Below, one piece after another: positions 13,358-23,676 of a stretch of DNA of 64,000 nt. How positions within the stretch are numbered: the first letter of the stretch is position 1; each line of letters opens with the position of its first letter. Origin of the DNA: Yuukianura sp. NJ FZ-2021 (taxonomy: Eukaryota); NCBI GenBank assembly GCA_046563655.1, contig CM102285.1, positions 2,790,001 to 2,854,000 on the forward strand, given 5' to 3'. The notes below the pieces were generated by a model. It made no database searches, was not told the origin of the DNA, and saw nothing but the letters and a program-made list of their open reading frames with translations. Position numbers and translations under genes: made by a program.

Positions 13358-13652
13358 TATATTCCAGGATTTAGGGTACTTAAGCTGCCTTTGACCAATA
13401 GAGTCTATAATAGTTAGAGGTTTTAGAGCACTGGAACTTATTTCTGGAAAGAGCAGTGAATGTTCGAGGATTTAGGGTACTGGAACTCATTTCTGGAGAG
13501 AGAGGTGTATATTCGAGGATTTACGGTACTAGAGCGCTCATTTCCGGATAGAGAGGCTTATATATTCAAGGATTTCGGACGCTGGGTTAATTTCCGGACA
13601 GAGAGGCTTATATTCGAGGATTTAGGGTACTGAAGCTCATTTTTGGAAAAGA
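13358..13652. repeat. Degenerate ~49-bp minisatellite, about 5 copies plus a partial upstream copy
   Basis: Recurrent TATATTCGAGGATTTAGGGTACTGGAACTCATTTCTGGA.AGAGAGG unit. Confidence 0.85.
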
Positions 13653-15345
13653 TGCGTTGAGTGAGATGTGGATTAATTTCATGTGCTTTCCTGACTAGTT
13701 TGCATGTGTAAGCATTTGAGCCAAGTGCTCTTTAAATGGTGACTTGAGTTTGTACATTTTTGAGCGCCAAAACAGCCCTTTTGGAAATTCCTTTGGCAAA
13801 GACGGATGAAGTCGAAAAGTGAAGGCGGATGGAGATGAAATGGAACGAATTGTAGGAATGGCTCTTGGGAAGAAATTACAGCAGAAGCATGAGAAGGCTT
13901 TGGCTACGCTTCGTTGACATTTTCAACCAACAACCTCTTCCTTCGATCCAAACTTACAAAAAAAAACTGGATTGAATTTTTTTTCCAACTTAAAGTTCTC
14001 ATTTTTATTAAATTCGAAACTAGATTTCTTCAATTTTTCTGTTCATGTAAACTTCTCTCTCCTTCAAAACTGGCAAAGGTCAAACCCATGCGCTTCAAAC
14101 TGGTTTCAGAATTGGCGCCATTTTTTTTCAAAAGTTGTTTCCTTTGGCCAGAAAAATTCAAAGAAAGGCGCGTTTCAGACTCAGTTTTGTATATTTGCCG
14201 CATTGGTGCGAAAAATGACTTTGACTTGAGCATGAGCACAAAAAAAATCAAGCCGGATTTCCGTATTTTCAAAAAGAATTTTTTTGAAAGTGACCCGCCA
14301 CGGAAAAAGACGAAGAATAAGAAGCACTGTCTCTGTATTTATCTTACGAATTCTGATGTTTGTATTTCTTTTCCGCCGTGATATATTTATGATCTGTTTA
14401 TAAATTTCTCATATTTTGAATTTTGAACAGCGAGAAGATTCAAAAATTGAGATTCAAGGCTTTTTGCACGCCTCTTTTCGTCAGAAATTTTGTTTCAAAA
14501 GTTGCTCATCCTCTCTAGTGGAAACGAAAGTTAGCCTTTCGTAGTGACGGTGGGCTTTCAAAAAAGTCTAGACTTTAAAAAAGTTTGAAAAAAGACATTT
14601 GGCATATTTGAAGTAAAAAAAAGTTGTAAAATGTAAAAGTGTGTTTCTGTGTAGTTGTAAAAGTTTACGCATGACACTTTCTCAAAGTAAAAACTTTGTT
14701 CCCTTTTAATATCCGAATCTGCTTCTGTCATTTAATTTCAGAAAAGTTCCTGTGCCTATTAATTCCAAAGCAGAGTTGAACCATGTCCTGTCTAAAACTT
14801 ACGATTTATTTCTTTGATTTTTTCAAAATTCAAAATTGCCTCTTTTTTCTTCTTGTGAAACTTTGGCCGCTCAAAGGCTCCTAAATAAAATCCAGAAGTG
14901 CGTGTTAAAAATAAATGGGTTTTGGACAAAAACGGTTTCTAATAAGGTTACGAGCGGGGGCCTATAATGTCTTTTTTCAAAATTTTTAACAAAATGGAGC
15001 CACCTTTTGACTTTTACTTTTTTTAAATTTGGCGGTTCCAGTTGATTGGGAATTTACGGCTGGAGTAGTAAGTAGTTATATCAAAGACCCTTAACATGTA
15101 ACTTTTAAACTTTTTGGTTCTCCCGCCCCACAATAATGACCTCGTAGTTCATTCCAATTTCAATTGAAATTACTCATGGAGTGACACTTTTATGAGGGTG
15201 GAAGTGAGGGTGGAAAGAGCTTCAAAGTTTTTACACCGTTAAGAACCATGTTCTTGTGCCAAAACTTTAATTTTGAATTAAGTTTTTTTTTAAACTTTGA
15301 CATTTAAGTATGAAACATGGATGTAGAGGATATTATGCTTTCCCC

Positions 15346-15395
15346 GGGAAGGGGGGGGGTCTGCTTGGGGAGGGGGGGGTTAAAAGGGGGCGGGG
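15346..15395 (+). other. Potential G-quadruplex
   Basis: G runs of 3, 9, 4, 8, 5 and 4 with loops of 1-7 nt. Confidence 0.7.
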
Positions 15396-18374
15396 CATAT
15401 TGATTTTAGACGATGATTTCTTTATGTGCAACGGGGTTTCGAAACACTTTTTTTTAAACATGTGCAGATTGTTGTTACAGTTTAAAAACGGTAGTTTTAG
15501 AGCGGGAATTTTTGAATTTGAAGGCATAGGGTTACTTTTCTTGGTAAAGAAGATAGTACCTACTTTTCTTTGTAAAGAAGATTGGCGTGAAGTGTGTTGA
15601 AGCCTAATAGACTTGTGGAAAATCGATGAATAGAATTGCGGATGAAAGCAAGTCTGTACGCAGAATGAACTTTTCTCGTCTTTTTTCTTTGCGTTTCTTT
15701 GCCAAGAAGAAATTGCTCTGCTACATTGCACACAATGTCCCTGTAGACTCTCTCCACTTTCTCCAAGGTGAAAGTCGACTTCCGGGTGTTACCGGCTGTC
15801 ATGACAACCTAACTTTATTCTGCGCACAAACACTAACCTTAACATAACTTAAAGTAACCATTACCATAGATGGGAATATCTAAAAACTGCCATCACGGGA
15901 AAAAAATGATAAAAGTGTCTAAAAATTCAAAAAAGGTAAAAACCTGTTTTGACTTTCCGGAGTTTTTTTTAGATTTCTCGTTTTCGAATTTCCAACAAAC
16001 TGTTTGTTTCGGTGTTCTTTTTTCTACAAACAACATTTTTTTGAAAAAGTATTTTTGTGTGCGTAGTAGAATTGGATTTTGTGTGTTCTTGTGAAGTTAA
16101 TTTGGAGGAGAGGGTGCTCAAGTATCCCCATTAAGATTGTGCTGGAGAACATGGAAGTTATTATCATCCGTTGCCTCTCCCCAACTGCTTTCACCCTAAC
16201 TTTTCCTCCTTTATGTTAGGTTTAAGTTAGGTTATTGAGAAATTGGGCGGAGGGTATTGATGGAAGTGGTGGAGGAAGATGTCTATCTTTAGTGTCTCTC
16301 CTCTCCTACAGGAGGCCAGTATCTTTATGACCAGCTCTGCATGTGCTCCACATTCCGAATCACACAAAGGCCCCTTTCAAAGAAAAAATTCCCGCTGAAA
16401 GGATATGGAAATGGCCGCAATTTTGGATACGTTTTTCCCTCTCTAAAAAAAGTCATTCAATTTTAGGAGAAACGGACGAAAGAGCGTCAGTTGTGCCCAA
16501 TTCAATTTTATTTAGCGTCAGTCCAAAATCCCACGGTCATTGAGTGATAACTTACGCCACTTTTAGCACATTTCCAAATGTGGCGCCGTAAGATTTGAAT
16601 TTTTGGATCTTTTTTTAGTCAGTCGGCGTCTTTTGATTTGAAAATGACGTTAGGTTTGGATTTTGAAAGTTCAGGTTAGGTTTTTTGTGCGTACTTTTGA
16701 ATGGTGGCGCCCTCTGGGAGGTTGATTGGAGGTGGAAGGAGATGACTGGAGAGGTGGTGATAAGGATTTTCGTTGGAGAAAGCTCCCTTAAGTCCTCTTA
16801 TTTCAGATGGCTGACTCTGCACAAAAAGGACTCTTAAGAAAGTGCGGTGGGAAATTTCAAACTTATTTAAAATGTGAATTAAGGACAAGAGAGGATTTCA
16901 GAACTAGATGGAAGGAAGTAGAGTTTGGAAAGTTCACGTATTTTAGAAATTGTTTATTTCTGAAGAGTTGGTGGGTTTGGTGGGGCTTTAGTTGGTCTGA
17001 AAGTTGAATTGAGGCCACCGTAGAAGACAGGGGGCGGAGGATCTGTTCCAGGAAGTGAGCGGTAGTCAATAGCCTGTTTACGTAAGTCACACACTCAAAT
17101 ATTTACAGACAGGTCGTCAATAAATGTGCAGTTTCACCGTAGTACTGATGGGCCACTTTTGAGTCCAAAGGCATACAGAAAATTAGGGAAAAGAATTTTT
17201 AATGGACCAAAATTTTCTTCAGTGAGTTTAGAACAAAGAAGAAGGAAATGCTTTAGAACTCAATTTTTTTCAAAAAGAAAAGATGAGTAAAAAAAATATC
17301 AAGAGCTTCTTTCAGTTGTTTTATATTCATATTTTCCCTCACTTTTCTCAACTCGTGCACTTTCTCCTTTGAGAATCATGGAAGTGGGGTCCACCTCTTG
17401 TAGTTTAAAAAAAACAGCTTTACCGTTCATTTTAGCTTTTCAGCATCAGAAAAAATGTTTTATGTACACACATTTATGATCGATACCAAAAATAAAGACA
17501 TTTTAGGCCTAAAAATTGTATTAAAACAAGAAATACTAAAAATGAAGAAAATGACTTTTTTGAGAATAATATTTTTGAAGGTTGTTTTTTAGTTTTATGG
17601 ATTGGTTTTTCTGAAATACTAAAACGAGTAGTAGCGTTTCTGGTTGCTTTCCCGGGAGAAAGTCCACAACTTCCCTCGTTTCATCCTTCCTATTTCCACA
17701 TGAAGAAACATTGCTTTTTTCTCTTTTTTTTTACTACTTTTTTGAAAATCCCTCCATGGAGAAAGTAATGACTTGAGCTCTTTTCCATTCTGTTAGGCTA
17801 GGCTAGAGTTGTATTAAGTAAAAATTAAACTACAGAGGAGAGAGCAGGAAGAATCGGCCTCTGCTTTCTGCTGATGAATTATTCTGAAAATCACTTTTGT
17901 TGATGAGGCAGAGGAAAGCGGGAGTGTTTAAAATGTTAGTTGGGCTTTGAAAAGGCGGGAGCAGGAGGTAGGATTTAAATTAAATCATTATTAATTGCTT
18001 CCCTAGATGAAGCCATCATTCGTCAACGACTGCAACAGAAAACAAGGAGAGTACTAGGACTAAAGCACAAACGTTGTTAGATGTACATGGCAAAGAAGGA
18101 TTTGAATTTCCCGCTGGTACCAGCACTTTCCCGCTTCCACTAAACTCAGGAATTATTTTTTAGTTGTGGCTTTCTCTGGAAAGCAGCAGAGCCTTGATGT
18201 GGCAGCGTATCAGAAATTTGTGCGCAGGCGCGGGCGGGAAATGAGAATTGATTTTGTTTTGTTTGAATAAGTTGGAGTGGACGGGAGTAGTTGAGCGTTT
18301 GTTAATTAGTAATTGAGGAGCTAATTGAGTGGTGGTGACTATTGGTTGGAAGGGCTTTCATCTGTTATGAAGAG

Positions 18375-18463
18375 GGTGCGGGAAATTTAAAAGGTTTCAC
18401 CAAAAACGGTGCGGGAAATTTAAATGGATTCACAAAGAGTGCGGGAAATTTAAATGGTTTCAC
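18375..18463. repeat. ~30-33-bp tandem repeat x3 containing GCGGGAAA
   Basis: GTGCGGGAAATTTAAAWGGWTTCAC occurs three times. Confidence 0.85.
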
Positions 18464-21400
18464 TTCTGGTGTAATGTGAGGTTTACATAAAATGCGGGAG
18501 TTTCAAGTTGTTTGAAAACTACCATACTCAGAATGAGTTGAACAAAGTGAACGACCTTCATGTTAGTTAGTAAGGTGTGTTAACCTGTTTAAAAAAGTTT
18601 GAATGAAACTTAACAAACCTTGTTTGAAAAGTTTAAATTGAACTTGAAACTTGTCATATTTTGTCATGTGACATGGTTGTCGAGAAACAAGGGATCAAGT
18701 GGATTTTTAAAAGCAGGAAAAGTGTCATTTGCTTTCAAGTTTTTAATCTTCCGCCTCATTATCTCTTTGCAAGGGAGAAGTTGAAGGGCCCTCTTCGGTC
18801 CTTTGACGTACATCGACACACATGGAAGTACAGTCTGGCTCAGTTATTTATACAGCTGCTGACGAAGGGCTCCCAAATTTTGAATGGTAGACCCTTGGAA
18901 CAAAGAGCGACGTCAACTTAATGTACAAAGGAATGGGGGGCCCTTTGGCAATGGAAAAAGAAAGTGAATCGACAATTTCCAAATTTTTACTATTTTTTTC
19001 GAAATGAACGAAAATAACTTTTATGCAATTGTGCCTTTTTGCAAAATTTTCAGAAGACTATAGGTTCCCTCCCAGTTAAAATTATCTTCGTAACTGGAAA
19101 GATGCGGCGTATTGCAAAAAGTTAGGTTAGGTAGTTAGGTTGAAGTGAACAGATTCGGAAGTTTAGTGAAATACTTTTTGTGAAGAGAGTAATCAAGTCG
19201 TGGTGAAGAACTTTGTTCTGGACGCAGAATCCCACACAAGTCCCCCTTTTATGAAGGGCTTCTGGGAAAAGGGAGGGGAGACTTGAAACGACCAGAGTTC
19301 CGGTAATTTAGCAGAAGCAAAGGCACCAGCTTAATTCAAAAGCTGGTCCATGTGCCGTCGCACCCCTCAAGGGGCGGCCAGAAGCATTTCAAGTACCCGC
19401 ACTTTCGTCTGAATCTAATTCAAAAGGGAGACCTTGAAGGGCCTCCCCTTCCGCAGGGCTTTGAAAAAAAAATTCCAGTCGAATATGATTTTATTAAGTT
19501 GAGATGCGAGGATGCATAAAGCCTCTCAACATCAGTAGAGTGGAGCTCTGTTTTTTTTTTACTTTTCGAAAAAAAAAGTTGGTCTGAAGCGCAAGTCGAG
19601 TTTGAAATTTCGAAATTTGAGTGATTTTGAAGCTGGTTCAGGTGACTTTTTGGATGTAGATTTCATGGAGTGCTAAGTGTAGGTGAACTGTGTGGTGAGT
19701 GCGGTTTATTAACTAAGTTGTGTGGTACTCCTTTTCTGTTCAATTTGAACTGTGTCTCAACCAATAATTAATTTTAAGTTGTGTTAACTTAAGGTAACAC
19801 AAAGTGAGAAACTAAGCGGAAAATTTCGAAACACAAAGAACAAGCCGGAAGTGAATTATACAAAGTTGTGATTTTGTGAAATGATCAAAAGCAGGAAAGA
19901 AGCGGAGGCGACTTAATTTCAATTTCCATAGCATCCCATTAGGGAAGCTAAATCCATTGTGCTTCTTCAGGTAATTTTTCACAAAGTACTTTTCTTCTTC
20001 CAAAAAATGATTCTCAGAATTTTGAAATTGGTACAGATTTAGAAAACTGACGTAAGGACTTATGGAGGGAGTAACTATATGAATGCTTGAAATTCAAACG
20101 TGCATTGCGATGTGCTCAATTGTAATTGAAAAGACGCGGGTTTCCTGTGTTTAAGAAATTTGAAAAAGTGTTTTGCAAATTACAAAATGGACACGTCACG
20201 GACTAAACGCAAAAATGAGAAATTTTGATACTTTTATAAGTTGGAGTGTAAAAGTTTGTAATTTGTTAAAAGTTGAAAATGTTTCGTGAGAGGCGGATAA
20301 ATCACGAAATCAGTTTAGTTTCTTTTTTGACCAACGAAATTGAACCAAATTGTTAAATTGTAAAGAGAAAAATTGCACTTTCATAAAAAACGAACACTCT
20401 TTGATCATGGATTGCATGAAATGTTGAACGAACAAGAATGATGTTGGCACGACCAAAAAATCCAGCTCATTTTTTTTCTTTTAGAACTTTGTTGGGCACG
20501 ACGTTCATACCGAAGAGAGTTTTCTAAAGTTCAGTTTTTAGTTGATTTTTAAAAAAACAGAACTGGTTTACTTTAAAAAAAATCTGTCTTTAAAAAAATG
20601 TAATGTGAGAAATCTTGTACTACACTGGAGAGCGGATGTGAATTTGAGGTTTTTGCGGTAAGATGCACCAGTTCTAATTACTATTCTCTGAAACTTGCTT
20701 TGTTCTTCTTGAAATGTGAATGTGTTGTAGAGTTGTGCGCTGTAATTCTGTGACCTCTTCGGCGCATGCTCCGTTCCAAAATGGCTAATTGTCTTTACAG
20801 ACTTGAGACAAATAACAAGTAATTTCATCCTACTCCAAAGTCTTACACTTCGGTCAAATGTCTTTTGTGCGGCGGAAATGACTGAACGCATGACAATTAC
20901 AAGTCTCAAGTCCATTTTGTCTAATTCCTTCATCTTCACACTTACTCTTTCCTGTCGTCGTCCTAATTGTCTTTCTTACTTAATCTTACGAGACGTGGTC
21001 TAACCTAACCTTAAAACTCTAACCTTAACTCTTTTTTAAATTTGTTGGAAAACTAATTTTGGTGAAGCGGAAGCGTGAAGCATGACTCTACTGTGAGCTT
21101 CCATGCTGAGACATATTAAGACAAAGTAAGTTGGAACTTTTTGGGAAAATGGAAATAAAATATGGTAATCATAATAATAGAGATGAAGTCGTTTCCTTTT
21201 GTTATAACAAAAACAACCGGTCGAAGGAAACTCACGAACTGAGAACCATGAGGGGCCAACCAGAGCCAAACACTTTAATTTTTATGAAGCCTTTCACAAA
21301 TTGTTCAAAATTGTTGTTTTTAATGGCTTGTTTCCTCCGCAAGACGGTCTTGTTCTCTTCAAATCCACTCTACAATTCAAATTCATGATGTTCTTTTTTA

Positions 21401-22741
21401 ATTTTTTGGTTGAAAAGTGTTAAAAGAAAGGCTCAAATAATTGTTCATTGTCTTTTGGAAAAGCGTCATCTACTTAATGGGTTTTTGCATATTAAAACTA
21501 CCGACAAAAGATTTACAAGTCGTATGATGCTCTGTTACTCTCATCTTGAGAGGTACTGAACCTCAACTGAAATAAAACTTTTTACATCAAAACATTCCCA
21601 AAACTAATTTTCAAGTTTTATGCTGCTTCCCGCCATTTTGAAATGCTTTGTTTTTGTTTTCATCGGATCAGGTCGCTCGTCGTTAGAGAAAGCAATAGAT
21701 TCAAAACCACTTTGAAAGTTTAACAATTTGACAGAATTTAAAGTTAGCGTTGATCTTTCTACGCGCATAACTCTGTTTACTCATGACTTTAGTTAGTTTT
21801 GATGTTATGTTCAGATTTTTTCAGTATCCTAGCATGTATTACGTTAGGCTTTTAGAGTAAGTACTTAGACAAATGAAACTTAATGAAGTAGATTGTATGT
21901 TATATTGTGATGTTTGAACCCATGTATATTTTGTTTTTCAAATTGAAAGGTGTTTGGGCTGCCCAGTAGCAGTGGGAATTATGAGTTGGTGGGTTGGTCA
22001 GTTTAGTAATTGGGGGCTTTTGTTGTTCGGAGGTCTTCACACTTTATGAGGGGTTAGACTTGGGCAGCTTTTGTAGCGTTTTGAGTAGAATGGGGGGATT
22101 CCGTGTCAAAGTGAAATTGAGAGGGGGCTTTTAGTACAGCGTGTTTCTTTGTTTGCTCCAACTGGCCCTTTCATTAGTATGCATCTCCAGTTTACGATTA
22201 ACGATTCTGCATAAATCTTTGACTCAGACTCATCGCACCGCATTAAGTTCCAGGACGGAGGGAGATGAAAGTCTATTGTTTGTATGGATTCATCCAGCAC
22301 CCGAGTTCCCACAGGCTTTAGTATACTCTGCTTTTAGTCTCTTTGGGTGCTCAAAATTTTACAACTGGAACACACGAGGCACAATTTTTAAATGGGAAAC
22401 GCAAAAGCACGCACAAGTGCCTGACGAAGAGACATAAAATCCAGTACTACGCAAAAGGTGCTTCATACACTACATACACTATAAGGTTTTTAGGATTCAT
22501 TTTTCAAAAATTTTTGAAATGCTCCGGAGTTTCCCAGGTTGAGCCGGATATTATGAAACCATGTTTTTGAACAAATCTGTGAGACACATGAAATTGAAGT
22601 ACAGTGTTGCTTAGAAAGTTGAGGGACTTAAGTGGGTATGACTTTATTTCCAAAATTCAAATGAGCCCGGGGAAATTTGAAATTTGGCGGTGGAATGGAC
22701 ACGGCTGGAACTGAGTTTCTGTTCTTTTTGGTTCGTTTCAG

Positions 22742-23676
22742 AATTAATGGAAGGAGACTGCGAGAGTGAGTGGGGCCTGGAGGGTTCTTCTGGCGTATTT
22801 CCAATTCACTTCATCACACGATCCACCATGGATGACTGTGGCTCCGAATTTCCGGGCGGAGGTCGTGACTCTGCCAGTAGTCAGTTTGAGTCTTGCTACA
22901 TTGACTCGGCCCTTCCGAGTGACTCCGATCATGCCTACGACCATCACTCGTCAGAAGAGGAGTTGGAGGACATCAACAACAGTTATGAAGAGGGGGATGA
23001 CCAGGGGGAGTCATGTCTCCTGGGAGATGACGAGGTCAGAGGCAGTGGGTCAGACAACAAGCGGAAATGGTCACAAGTTGCCAGCAATCGGCTCTCTGTG
23101 GAGTCGTCAGCAAGCAGTTCAGACGAAGAGGTTCAAGGACTTCTGCGCCCAGTTTCGACTCCAGTCGAATTTTGTACTTCCCCGCCAGTGGATGCTCACA
23201 AGCCAAGTCGGTCCCAGTCTCCACCGCCCAAACTCTTTTTGTTCTCGTCTCCCGGATGCGAAAATGCTGGTGGGACGGGGCGGGTGGCCAGCGGCGGGTC
23301 GGTGGCTCTCCACTCTGGTGGAGTCTTCCGGGGACTTCGACGGTGTGACCAGAACGTGCTCCACAACAGTCACAGTGGCTCGCCCCACCTTTCCCCATCC
23401 ATCTTCAATTCAAATGGTACTGACTCTTATGCATCATCTCTCGTCGGGGGAGGGACAGACAGTCGATCTCATTCAGATCAGGCCACTACGAACTTGACTC
23501 TTGGAGGAAATGGGGGCGGGGGAAGAGGTGGTGGAGGTCGACATGGCCCCACCAACAACCTCGAGATTGGCGGGGGACGGAATGGCAAAGAACCGTCATC
23601 GCGCAAACGCTACCACCGTCACCATAATCCTCGACATATTCAACGACCTTGGCTAGACTTTGAAAAAATGCAGCAG
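22742..23676 (+). CDS. Large coding exon of gene 1: Ser/Gly/acidic low-complexity, probably nuclear protein with C-terminal RKRYHRHH…RPWLDFEKMQQ (FAM53-like motif)
   Basis: GC-rich island inside the longest ORF of the window (22684..23838). Acceptor GTTTCAG|AA at 22741/22742, donor CAGCAG|GTAAGA at 23676/23677. Sequence turns AT-rich immediately outside both sites. Family assignment rests on a recalled similarity to the FAM53 RPxLDFxKMxQ motif, not on a search. Confidence 0.88.

Noticed and set aside
13358..13652. CRISPR-like array
   Set aside because: Units are head-to-tail and degenerate with no unique spacers, there are no cas genes, and the context is eukaryotic.
22766..23497. Overlapping 243-aa ORF and antisense ORFs within the large exon
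   Set aside because: Shadow frames of a GC-rich coding exon, with no recognisable motifs.
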